Shown here: positions 1 through 11,877 of the stretch, in pieces | How the letters are laid out: each line of letters opens with the position of its first letter | Numbering within the stretch: position 1 is the first letter of the stretch | Source of the DNA: Eledone cirrhosa | Lineage: Eukaryota | Assembly: GCA_964016885.1 (NCBI GenBank) | Contig: OZ024741.1 | Span: 113,584,001 to 113,648,000, forward strand | Length of the DNA: 64,000 nucleotides | Reading direction: 5' to 3' | Made by a program: the position numbers and the translations under genes | The notes under the pieces: generated by a model | Database searches by the model: none | Told to the model about the DNA's origin: nothing | Seen by the model: only the letters and a program-made list of their open reading frames with translations

Positions 1-206
1 CAGTATTCTCACATATTATTCACATACACTCACATATTACCATATACTCATATATTTACACTCACACATGAACATACAACATATGCTCACATATTCACAC
101 ACGCACACACAAACACACACACACACACACACCATATTCTCACATAGCATTCATGCATACACACACCATATACTCACATATCCACACATACAACATATGC
201 TCAAAT

Positions 207-247
<41 letters not shown>

Positions 248-300
248 ATATTCTCATAATATTCACACACACAATAGATTCACACATACACATATGTAAC
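1..300. repeat. Degenerate (CA)n/CATA microsatellite
   Basis: Runs of cacacaca with an imperfect ~120-bp internal repetition; the His/Thr ORF is an artefact. Confidence 0.85.
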
Positions 301-483
301 CACATAACATTAACATATCAAGATAAGTTTTCTTTTATTTCTGATAAGTTGTCATATTTTTTAACATTCTCTCCACCTTTAATCCTCCATCTTAACACCA
401 TGCTAAAATGCATCAGGTTTTGACACTGATGGCCCTCAGTGCTTAAAGTATCATGGTTTTCCTCCTTCACCTTTACTAGCATG

Positions 484-930
484 GTTAGTGGGGGGTGACA
501 GTGGCAGTGGTAGATTTGTTAGTGGTTGTGGTAGTGATGGCAGTGGTGGTGGTGGTGACAGCATTGATGGTGGTTGTGGGACAGTGGTGTTGGGGGTGAT
601 AGCAGTAATGGGGCCAGCTTTGATAGTGGCAGTTGTTGGTGATGGCAGTAGTGCTGCAGCTTTTTTAGTGGCAGTGATGGTCGTGGTGGAGCCGGCATTG
701 ATGATGGTCATGTGTTTGTGGTGTTGGCAGTGGTGGTGATGGCAGTGGTAGTGGTTGTGGTGACAGTGGTGATGATGACAGTGGTAGTGGTTTCGGTGGC
801 AGTACTGGTGATGGTGGTGGTCGTGGTGGTGATGATGGTGGTGGTGATGATGGTGGTGGTGGTGTCGTGGTCGTGGTCGTGGTGGTAGTGATGGTGGTGG
901 TTATGGTGGCATTGGTGGTGATGTGGTTGT
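484..930. repeat. Degenerate (GGT/GAT)n trinucleotide repeat
   Basis: ggtggtggt/gatggtg runs; ORFs on both strands are low complexity. Confidence 0.85.
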
Positions 931-1367
931 TTTATACATTTCAAAGATTAAATAAATATTCATTCACAAGTGATCGTTATATACTCCATCTCCAATCCTT
1001 GAAAAACAATTTTTTTTTTTATTCTATTAAGTGACTGTTCATATATTTTCTCTATATGACATGCATATCTTTTCTTTTTAATCTTATTTTCACTTCTACT
1101 CACAATGTGAACAGATCTGAAAATTGAAACATTTACTTGAAATACAACAACATGTGTTTTAAGGCAATTTTCTCTGCTAATGCAGAGATTAACCTTGCAG
1201 GGCTCCACGACAAGCTTCTCCTCTGTGTTCTATCACTTGCATCTCCTTTTACTAACCCCTTGGCTTTCATTTATATTAATGCCATCATGTTTAGCCATGT
1301 CTTTCCCAGGTTTTCTTTTTTTTCTATTTCCTTCTGCATTTATTTCTTCATTTCTAAAACTCATCTC

Positions 1368-1535
1368 ACCCAGTCACTTTCATCTTTCCTCAACACATCA
1401 CCCAGCCATATCATTCCATTTCTCTTCATAACATTCATCACTGGTTCTATTCCTATCATCCAGTTACTTTCATCTTTCCTCAACACACCACCCAGCTATC
1501 TCATTCAATTTCTCTTCACAACATCCATCACTAAC
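1368..1535. repeat. ~120-bp local tandem duplication
   Basis: ccagt(c/t)actttcatctttcctcaacaca(t/c)cacccagc...catcact occurs at ~1369 and ~1459. Confidence 0.7.
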
Positions 1536-2089
1536 TCTGTTACTAATATTTACTTGAAATATTGATGGCAATTTTTTGGTATTTCTTTTGTGAATGTCTT
1601 AGGAATTGATATAATGTTGCAATAATACTGAGATATCTAGTTATAAAAAGAGAATTGGAATCTGCACAAGATGTATGTTCTCTCCTGCCAACTGAGGAAC
1701 TGGCAATGAAAGTACAACATCAGCAAACATTTAAAACCATTTTCCGAGTGAAAGCAAGGGTTAGCCCTGATGGCAGGTTTCATACTCATGGGAAACATTT
1801 TAAAGTAATGTTTCGTGGCTGGATGCTCTTCCTGGTACCAGTTGTTTTAGTCACCTCTTATGACATGCAAGGATACCATGTACCTACTCAAAACTTGACA
1901 CACACAGTATTAAATGCTTAGTTTAGCTTAGAAGCTCCCATATTATGAGGTAGCTAAAGTGCTCCAATGATTGCAGTTAGTCGCATCTATCAATACATTG
2001 TTCCAGCTTTTGTTGACAGCTTTCAGATCCCTGTCAATTGTCTGCAATTAGTTCATCTTGTGATGTCCTCTTGGTCTCTTTTCATGACG

Positions 2090-2418
2090 GTATCAGTACA
2101 GGTCTTAATCAGTATACACTGAGGATGAAGAACTCAGAGCTGAACGGGAGCCTCCCAAAAGTCTGCTCGAAAGTGACACAGAGGAGACTGAGGTTAGTTG
2201 GACATGCTCACCAACATCCAGAGTTGAGACTGCACTCAGTGCTCCTGTGGGAGACCCTGCATGGACACCCTGGAGGAGGAAGACTGAGGTTAACATATGT
2301 TAATGCTCTAAGGACAGACACTGGTCTCTTGGAGACATGGGACATGGCAGTGATAATGAGGGACAGAGACCGCTGGAGAGAATTCGTCCATGGATCTCGG
2401 AAATTTTACCCGTCCTAG
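2090..2418 (+). mobile_element. 3' fragment of an RTE-X-like non-LTR retrotransposon
   Basis: ORF 2038-2418 ...QRRLRLVGHAHQHPE...LLWE...GGGRLRLTYV...RDRDRWRE resembles the RTE/RTEX ORF C-terminus and ends in (TA)n. Confidence 0.7.
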
Positions 2419-2761
2419 ATATATATTTCATATATATATATCATGTATATATATATATATATATATATATTTTTATATATATATATATATGTTTTAATAT
2501 AGAAAAGCTTCTACAGGACTGTAGAAGCTTTTCTATATTAAAACATTTATACTCTGCTATGTATTGAGTACCTTACTTACTGTGGTTACCCCCGATTGAA
2601 CCCAGAATAACTTATCTATATATATATATAGCATCCAGCTGTAGAAATCAAACCAGAATCAGTTCCTGTCCCACCCTTGCAAGCAAGGAAAAGTGGATGT
2701 AAAATGATGATGATGATGATGATACATATATATATATATATGATATATGATATATATATAT

Positions 2762-3861
2762 ATGTAGTGGGATCACAGGTAGGCTAACTAAGAACATAGA
2801 TTTTACATGTGGCCGGTGCTCTGGTGCAATAAGTAGCAGCAAGTGCCCACAAACTACTAGCTCTTTCAATTGCGCAGAGGGTTCTATAGAAATAGTGGAC
2901 AGCTTCCGTTACCTGGGCGATAAAATCAGCAGTGGGGGAGGGTGCTCTGAAAGTACTGTAGCTAGAGTCAGAACTGGTTGGAAAAAGTTCAGAGAGCTTA
3001 TACCACTATTAGCTGCTAAAGGGTTCTCACTAAAAATGAAAGGCAGGTTGTACGATGCCTGCATACGAACAGCAATGCTGCATGGCAGTGAGACCTGGGC
3101 ATTGTGTGCAGAGGATATACGCAGACTAGAGAGGAACGAAGCTTGCATGCTCCGCTGGATGTGTAACAGTAATATACGTGAACGGCAAAGCATAAACGAA
3201 CTAAGGAATAAATTAGAGATAAGAGGGATCAGATGTTGTTTACTCGAGAGAAGGCTACGTTGGTATGGACACGTGATGCGCATGAAAGTCGATAGCTGTA
3301 TAACAAAGTGCAGGGCAATAAAGATAGACGGTAGTCACGGAATAGGCAGACCTAGAAAAACCTGGGACGAGCTGATAAACTCCGACATCACACACTTACA
3401 CCTCTCCAAGACAATGTCACTGGACCGAGACCTTTGGCGGTACTCAGTAACAGAGAAGACCCGCCTTACCTAAATATATAGTAAAACCTACTCCAGCCAG
3501 TAGGCATCTCTAACAAATACACCCCGTCCCACCACCCCCACCCGATCCACACCACCCCGTTCTATGTAAAGTTATGTTGGTGCCGCGCCATCGAGGCCGA
3601 AACAAATGAGATCGTGTAGGTGTCACGACAAAAAAACACACAGTCCACGCTGTAATGTGGCCGTGTAGGCAACACGGTAAAAACCTCCCAGACCCACACT
3701 GTAAATGTGGTTGGTGTTAGGAAGGGCATCCAACTGTAGAAAACCTGCCAGACAGTCCTATGCGAGCAAGACAATCACTCTTGCCTCAAGTGGGACTACC
3801 CCCGTCCAAACCCATGCAAGCGTGGAACACGGACGTTAAACGTTGATGATGATGATGATGA
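2762..3861 (+). mobile_element. 5'-truncated RTE-clade LINE (young subfamily), ORF C-terminus plus 3'UTR and (GAT)n tail
   Basis: ORF 2895-3473 FRYLG...LYDACIRTAMLHGSETW...RRLRWYGHV...GRPRKTW; nearly identical to the copies at 16.3-18.5 kb and 53.6-55.5 kb. Confidence 0.95.
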
Positions 3862-3870
3862 TATATATAT

Positions 3871-4537
3871 ATATAAAAGGAGATTAATATCCCCACAGGT
3901 ACTAAGTACCCTTGGAAATATATAGGGTGTCTATGATACAGTGGTTGTTCCATGGTATTAATTTGACATACCAGAACTGTAATATTGAGATAAGCGGAGC
4001 AAGTAAAATTCAAACAATTTCTTAAAATAAATAAAAAATAAATTTAAATATTTACCTAATCCATTTGCTTTTACCGACGGTTTCACCTTACAAAAGATTA
4101 GAGATCCTAGGGATCTCCAATGGAAATGTTCGGATCATCAGAGAGCATTCTCCTTTCCTAGGACAGAAGTCCCAAGAACGGCAAAATATAGTCCCACCTG
4201 CCAGCTAGCACAGGATCGAATGAGGCCGTAAACTTGACCTATGCATGAACCAGCCCTTAGTAGAAGCAGGAAGTAAACATAGACGTGTTGTCTATCACGC
4301 CACTAAAAATAGCAACTAAATAAAACAACAGATTTGTTCTCTACATAACGGAGAAAATATAAAAGGAGATTAATATCCCCACAGGTACTAAGTACCCCTG
4401 GAAATACATAGGGTGTCTATGATACAGTGGTTGTTCCATGGTATTAATTTGACATACCAGAACTGTAATATTGAGATAAGCGGAGCAAGTAAAATTCAAA
4501 CAATTTCTTAAAATAAATTTAAAAATATTGTTTGAAT
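3871..4537 (-). mobile_element. Terminally redundant ~486-bp non-coding unit with a hammerhead (family B; retrozyme/pLTR-like)
   Basis: Direct repeat 3871-~4040 / 4357-~4527 (period 486), flanked by (TA)n; homologous to 62933-63610. Confidence 0.7.
4067..4146 (-). ncRNA. Type I hammerhead ribozyme motif (family B, slightly degenerate)
   Basis: Minus strand: gctct CTGATGA tcc..[gagatcc-cta-ggatctc]..ggt GAAAC C gtc G GTA aaagc. Confidence 0.6.
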
Positions 4538-4790
4538 ATATGATATATATATATATATATATGTATATAGAGGAAAACAATATATCGTTAAAGGTAATCC
4601 GATAAGAGCTTGTGAAAACTACTTATCATGGATAGTTTAAGCGTACGGCGTTGTGTGATTCAACAAGAGGTTTATGTGGATGGCGAGTTAATGACTTCAC
4701 TTGTATTCCCATGTATGTATATCTTGGAGTGATAAAATTGAAAAATGAAGAATAACATGGTTAACAGTACAAACAAGGAAATTTATTTAC

Positions 4791-4897
4791 AGTCTAACAA
4801 TTGTTTCCATGATAGAGATGTCTAGACATTGCTAAACACTGAAGGTAGTGGCACTCAATTTAAAATACATGCAACCTCCATCATTTCGTCAGAGACT
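4791..4897 (-). ncRNA. Type I hammerhead motif (left arm of foldback)
   Basis: agtct CTGACGA a atgat...atcat g GAAAC aatt GTT agact; base of stem II is mismatched. Confidence 0.55.
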
Positions 4898-5043
4898 AAT
4901 AGGTCTTTCTTTTCTAATGGTCTCCCCCCCCTCCTTTCCATCTGTCCTCCTTCCTTTATATATCTTTATTATTAATATCATTATTGATGTGCTAATTTGA
5001 ATTTATAAATTTACCGTTACACATATATTTTGTATTTTCTATT

Positions 5044-5148
5044 AGTCTCTGACGAAATCATGAGGTTGCATGTATTTAAATTGAGTGCCACTACCTTCAG
5101 TGTTTAGCAATGTCTAGACATCTCTATCATGGAAACAATTGTTAGACT
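5044..5148 (+). ncRNA. Type I hammerhead motif (right arm of foldback)
   Basis: agtct CTGACGA(5049-55) aatcatga...tcatg GAAAC(5132) aatt GTT agact. Confidence 0.55.
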
Positions 5149-5252
5149 GTAAATAAATTTCCTTGTTTGTACTGTTAACCATGTTATTCTTCACTTTTTC
5201 AATTTTATATATGTATATATATATATATGATATATATATGTATATATATATA

Positions 5253-8200
5253 TCACCCGCCTCACGGTCAAACAACGCACCACCTTCACCCTACAGACCC
5301 CCACACACCCCGGCCTGAACTCCCCACCCCTATTCCTTTAGCCTTCAACCGCCCTGTGTCCCCCCCCTCACACACACATCCCCCACTAACATCACTAACA
5401 CACTCCTCCTTTTCACCTACCCACCCCCTTGGCCCACCCCACAACTAACAATAATAACACCAAACAGGTGGAGGGGTGGGTCTGCTAGATTCATTATGGG
5501 TAAAAAACTGGGTAGGAAATGACAATGGGCTGGGTGGGGTAGGAATCATGTTAGTAGACAAATGGGTAGATAAGATAATAGACGTAAATAGACAGAATAA
5601 TTAAAATAAGACTTGTCCTAAATAGAACTACTGTGACAGTAATATCTGCGTACGCACCCCAATCCGGACTGCCTGGCGTTATAAAAGACAGATTCTATGA
5701 GACATTGATGCTCACTACCTCCCAAATAACCGACAATAACTACATAATTATTGCTGGTGACCTAAATGGTCATGTTGGACAACGTTGTGATGGCTATGAC
5801 GGAATCTATGGAGGCTATGAGTTTGGTACTAGAAATGGGAAAGGCTCGAGAATCCTGGAATTCTGTGACGCAAATAACCTAACTATCTGTAACACTAACT
5901 TCAAAAAACGAGATAATCACTTGATCACCTATAGATCAGATAGATTATATCCTTACTAGAAGACGTGATAGAGTGTCTGTTGTAAACACTAAATCCCTCC
6001 CCCATGAAGAATGCACCTCCCAACATAGACTCATAGTCAGCGACCTCATAGTCAGCGACCTCATAGTCAGGACAAGACGTACTCGACAACAGAGGAGGAC
6101 TATCCTCAGGAGAAAAATATGGAAGCTAAAGTACCCCATAGCCAGTAATAAATTTCAAAGCATATTACTTGATGCATTTGACAGTAAGGAAGAGCAATTA
6201 GAGTCGTACAATATAGAGGAACAGTGGGAATTCCTGAAAGCAAACCTGCTGATGGCGGCAGACGAAGTCTGTGGCTGGAGCAGGCCTGTAGGCAGGAGGA
6301 GAGTAACATGGTGGTAGAACAGTAAGGTGGAGGGGTCAATTAAGGCCAAAAAGCAGGCTTGGAAATTAGGGCGGGATGGGGGAAGTAGAGAAGACTATCA
6401 AGTGGCCAGGAGGGAAGATAGGAGACAAGTGTACTTTGCAAGAAGGGAAGCAGAGGAAAGAAAGTTCAAGCATGTTCTACAATGCGAGGACCAAAAATGT
6501 GAGGTGTTCATTATTGCTAGGCAATGTGTCAAGGAAAACCGTGATATTGTCAGGGAGAAGTATGTCCTTAATGATGATGGTGTACTTGCCATCACTGATG
6601 CTGATAAAAAGGTAGCTTGGAAGTGTCACTACGAAAGGCTACTAAATGAGGAGAATAAATGGAAGAAAGACAGTCTCCCCCACATCGATCCGATAGAGGG
6701 ACCAGCAGTGCTAGTTGAAGGTAGTATAATAAGTAAGGCAATCAAAGATATGAAGACGGGTAAGGCGGCTGGGACTTCGGAAATAGTTGCTGAAATGCTG
6801 AAAGCATCTGGAACGGTGGGACACACTATGGTCACCCGGATAGTAAACCAAGTCATACAGAATGGAGTCGTTCTGAAGGACTGGCATAGCAGCATCATCA
6901 TTAACTGCTACAAGGGTAAAGGAGATGCCCTAGATAGGGGTAACTATAGAAGCATTAAATTAATCGACCAGGTCATGAAGGTCACAGAAAAAGTAATAGC
7001 GCAACTAATCACAGAGCGAATTGATCTAGATGAAATGCAGTTCAGGTTTGTGTCAGGTAAAAGTACCACAGACGCTTTTTTCATTGTGCGACAACTACAG
7101 GAGAAGTACTTAGCTAAAAGTAGACCCCTATACTTAACTTTTGTTGACTTGGAGAAAGCCTTTGACAGAGTCACCCGCTCCATTATCTGGTGGGCTTTTA
7201 GAAAACTAGGTGTTGATGAATGGATTGTGAGAGCTATACAAGCCATGTATAAAGAAACAGTCAGCAAGGTTAGAATTAACAACGAATATAGTGAAGAGTT
7301 TAGCGTAAAAGTTGGTGTTCATCAGGGCTCCGTTCTTATCCCCCTACTATTTATTATTGCCCTTCAGGCTATAACAGAGGAGTTCAAGACCGGCTGCTCA
7401 TGGGAACTCCTATACGCAGATGATCTAACGCTCATAGCTGAATCAATGGCCGAACTAGAGAAGAAATTCCAAACATGGAAGCATGGCTTAGAATCAAAAG
7501 GCCTTAAAATTAACCTGTCTAAGACTAAAGTTCTAGTTTGTAGGAAGGAAAATAGGGCACCGGTCCCATCTGCTCAGTGTGTAGGAAAGGAGTAGGCAGA
7601 AACTCCTTTTATGTCCCAAATGCAAAGTATGGGTGCATAAAAGATGTAGTTGGATCACAGGTAAGCTAACTAAGAACATAGATTTTATATGTGGCCGGTG
7701 CTCTGGTGCAATAAGTAGCAGCAAGTGCCCACAGAATACTAGCTCATTCCTTTGCACAGATGGTTCTATAGAAATAGTGGATACCTTCCGTTACCTGGGT
7801 GACAAAATCAACAGTGGGGCAGGGTGCTCTGAAAGTACAGTAGCTAGAGTAAGAACGGGATGGAAAAAGTTCAGAGAGCTTATACCACTATTGGCCGCTA
7901 AAGGGTTCTCTCTAAAAATGAAAGGCAGGCTGTATGATGCCTGCATACGAACATCAATGTTACATGGCAGTGAGACCTGGGCATTGTGTGCAGAGGATAT
8001 ACGCAGACTGGAGAGGAATGAAGCTAGCATGCTCCGCTGGATGTGTAATAGTAATATACGTGAATGGCAAAGCATAAAAGAACTAAGGGAGAAATTAGGA
8101 ATAAGAGGGATCAGATGTTGTTTACTCGAGAGAAGACTACATTGGTACGGTCACGTGATGCACATGAAAGACGTCAGAAAAACCTGGGGCGACTTGATAA

Positions 8201-8685
8201 ATTCCGACCTCACACGCTTACACCTCTCCAAGACAATGTCACTGGACCGAGATCTTTGGCGCCACACAGTAATACAGAAGACCCGCCTTGCCTAAGTACA
8301 AAGCGAAACCTACAGTCAGTAGGCACCTCTAAGAAAAATACACCCCGTCCCACCTCCCCCACCCGATCCACACCACCCCTTTCAATGTAAAGTTATGTTG
8401 GTGCCACAACATCCAGTCCGAAACAAATGAGGTCGTGTAGGTGTCACAACAAAAAAACACACAGTCCATGATGTAATGTGGCCGTGTATGTAACACGGTA
8501 AAAACCTCCCAGTCCACACTGTAAACGTGGTTGGTGTTAGGAAGGGCATCCAGCCGTAGAAAACCCGCCAGACAGTCCTATACGAGCAAGACAACCAATC
8601 TTGCCTCAAGTGGAAAAATTCCCATCCAAACCCATGCTAGCGTGGAACATGGACGTTAAACGATGATGATGATGATGATGATGAA
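5253..8685 (+). mobile_element. Near full-length degenerate RTE LINE (APE endonuclease, RT, Cys-rich domain; frameshifted)
   Basis: ORFs 5633-5959 (ISAYAPQ, AGDLNGHVG), 6327-7595 (KGKGD...NYR, FVDLEKAFD, GVHQGSVL, LLYADD) and 7633-8295; 3'UTR ends in (GAT)n. Confidence 0.95.
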
Positions 8686-9119
8686 TAACAACAATTTGAT
8701 TCGTTTGTTCTTCAACACTCTCCAAATAAGGACATGATACTAACATACTACTAATTCTGAATAAAATTGTTATTGAATAAAATTATTATTGCTTTTGAAA
8801 ACAGCCGGTGATATGCATGTAAGTAAATATTCTCTTTATCTGATATTTTGTAACTAACCCTACATAGATCAATAACGGGGTATAGCTACAATGTATTATC
8901 ATCATCTAGAAACGATCGTAAAGCAGTGAAGTATATCTCTAATGACTTGATTTTTTTATTTCATTGTTTTAACTTATATCATGACTCTGTTTTCCTTTTA
9001 ACGTTTTATTGTTTTTCGTTATTTATCTTAACCTACAACATTTTCAACATATGGATTACATCGAGAATAGACCCCACAACTTACTGTGGATACCTCTGTG
9101 TGTGTATGTGTGTGTGTGT

Positions 9120-9167
<48 letters not shown>

Positions 9168-9168
<1 letters not shown>

Positions 9169-9497
9169 GAGGCACATGGCTTAGTGGTTAGAGCATTGGC
9201 CTTGTGAGTTCAATTCTCAGACCGGGTGATGTGTTGTTTCCTTAAGCAAGACACTTTATTTCACATTGCTCCAGTTTACTCAGCTGTAGAAATGAGATGA
9301 TAGGGACTGGGGTCCCTATCATTCCACTGCGAAATGGTTGTGTAGGTGCCACGGAAAAAAAGCACCCAGCACTCACTGTAAATGAGGCTGGTGTTAGGAA
9401 GGGCATCCAGCTGTAGAAATCAAGCCAGAATCAGTTCCCGTCCCACCCTTGCAAGCAGGGAAAAGCGGACGTAAAATAATGATGATGATGATGATGA
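9168..9497 (+). mobile_element. tRNA-derived SINE family 1 with RTE-type 3' tail
   Basis: A-box tggcttagtgg, B-box gagttcaattc, tail cccgtcccacccttgcaagcagggaaaagcggacgtaaa(ATG)n. Other copies or parts at 2631-2722, 20336-20540, 52940-53236(-) and 61499-61775. Confidence 0.85.
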
Positions 9498-9522
9498 TAT
9501 ATATGATATATATATATATATA

Positions 9523-9557
<35 letters not shown>

Positions 9558-10375
9558 ATATATTACACATATTTTTTCATCAACCATCATTTGATACTTG
9601 TAAGCACACACATTCAGTGTAACCTGTCCTTGTAATGTACCATTCACCTGGTGGCTTTGTGGCGAATAGAAGAAATCTTTATCATTGTTTCTATCATTAT
9701 TAATATTATTATTATTATCATTACTATTATTTTTAATTTAAAAATAAAGTTATTTATTTTAAAATATTAAATGATATAGTAGTCTAAGTTTTCAACTCAG
9801 CTGATCTCAGTCAAACTGTCAGTTAAAGTGAGAATCATTTCTGATTCATGGATGAATGGTTAATGTGAGAAAAGCTATCAAAATATCAAAAACTGTAACA
9901 AATTGTTAGAAATAAGTCAAGTGTAAACAATTATTTTAAAAAAAAATTGTAGACTTTAAAAATATATAAAGAAATCAAACTTATATGTATATTCACAGTC
10001 ATGGGTGTATATCTAGTTAAGAAGTTTGCTTCATAACTACATGATATCGGGTTCAGTTTCACTGTGTGGCACCTTCGGCAAGTATCTTCTATTACAGCCT
10101 TGGGTAAACAAATACCTTATGAGTGAAATTCGGTAAATGAAAACTGCAGAAGCCTGTTGTGTATTTGTTAGAATGTTGGAGTTGGTGACTTCCCCTGTAT
10201 TGCTTACAGCTCTGCATTTTGTGGATAATTCTTGCCTCTGCCACCAGAAATAAAGAAATAATTGGATCCTTTTGGACCTGGCAGAAATGGTGGTAGGCTT
10301 CGGAATGACTTTCAGCTCCCAAAATTTCAGCTGGTCACTCTCATTGTCAGCACATACCTATATATCATTATTACA

Positions 10376-10553
10376 TGGATTGGCAGTATCGGTAGAGGGT
10401 CGGACGCCATGCTTTCCAGCATAAGAACGTCCCTTTGCGGTCTGAGTTCAAATCCCGAGGTTAACTTTGCCTTTCATCCTTACGGGGTCGATAAAATAAA
10501 GTACCAGTAATGTACTGGGTAATTGATGGCCTTGTGCCAAAAGTAGAAACAAT
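10376..10553 (+). mobile_element. SINE family 2 (tggattggcagtatcggtagag...ttcatccttacggggtcgataaaataaagtacc...gtagaaacaatt)
   Basis: A/B-box-like head (tggcagtatcgg; gagttcaaatcc); 10 or more copies in the window. Confidence 0.85.
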
Positions 10554-10861
10554 TATTTACATTGAAGTACAACTTTGCACAAATTTTAAGGAAATCATAA
10601 GGATATTTAAAAAAAAGTAAACATACCATTGCATGATTGCTTGAACAACTGCCTTCTACTGTAACATTGAGTTGCTCAATGTATTGTGAGTGGAATTTGG
10701 TAGACAGAAATTGACCCACAAAGTTCAAATTAAGTGAAATTAGCAAAGTATGATAGCATAAATGTTTTATGTAGTGTGAATGCTGAAATATAAGCACACA
10801 AAACCAATTTAACAAAGTATACTTATTCAGCTAAATATAAAATCCTACTCTTGTATTAAAC

Positions 10862-11208
10862 TTGAGGTTCTCAAAGTGGGTGCTACCTCGACCTGGGAGG
10901 GCGTTGAGAAGGTCCAGGGGGCCGACGCTTGACCTAAGGGGACAGTGGGGGGTGCGGTAAAGATGATATAATAGTATATTAAATATCAAATGATACATAT
11001 ATATGAATATAGTAAAATAAAAAAATATATAATATTTATTTATACATGGTTTGTATTATATTATTATATATAAATTAACAATTTTATTTATTATAAATTA
11101 TTTACAATTCGAGTGTATATAGCTCTCTCTGGAAATAGGGGGGAGGGGTACTAAGAGTATTATGTGACCGTGAAGGGGGCAGTGGCCTAAAAAGTTTGAG
11201 AACCTCTG
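10862..11208. mobile_element. hAT (Charlie-like) MITE
   Basis: TIRs gaggttctcaaa / tttgagaacctc(tg); perfect 8-bp TSD tattaaac at 10854-10861 and 11209-11216. Confidence 0.85.
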
Positions 11209-11462
11209 TATTAAACTCAAATCCACAACAAACATCAAAGCATTTTCTTTTTTATGCATTTTTTTCTCAAGAGCCATATAACAAAATCTGAACTATGGTT
11301 AGCAGCATTTTTACTTTTCATGCAAGTATTTGTAATGTTGATCATGTCGGAGAACTTATTAATAAAGTAATTATTTCATCACTAATTGCAGCTGATTTGA
11401 AACTGTACAGAAAAATTGTACAAAAATTATTAAAAATGTTATTGTTCTACATTTACTGTAAT

Positions 11463-11646
11463 AATTGTTTCTACTTTTGGCACCAGGCCAGCAATTATCC
11501 CAGTACATTACTGGTTCTTTATTTTATCGACCCCGAAAGGATGAAAAGCAAAGTTAACCTCGGCGGGATTTGAACTCAGTCCATAAAGGGACGTAACTAT
11601 GCTGTAAAGCATGGCGTCCGACTCTCTACTGATACTGCCAATCCAC
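11463..11646 (-). mobile_element. SINE family 2
   Basis: Reverse complement of 10376-10553. Confidence 0.85.
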
Positions 11647-11877
11647 TTTACTGTAATAATAACTTGAAAATAAGATACCTGATGTTGCATATGAAATGCA
11701 CCTGTGTGTGTGTGTGTTATAATAAATGGAAAAATAGAATTTTATCACATGTTTTTCTTAAGATTAACACCTGATCCAAAAAATATTTGCTGAAGTGTTG
11801 TATCAAACATCTGAAGCATGAATAATTCTCTCTACATGTTAATGAGACTAAATAATCTAAATTTGATTTTTTTTTTT

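Larger units (their letters stand above)
4733..5208. repeat. ~170-bp inverted repeat (4733-4901 / 5040-5208), Penelope pLTR-like foldback
   Basis: The arms are near-perfect reverse complements with a ~140-bp spacer, and (TA)n follows. Confidence 0.9.

Noticed and set aside
9168-9225. tRNA-like A/B boxes
   Set aside because: These are SINE heads without a full cloverleaf, not tRNA genes.
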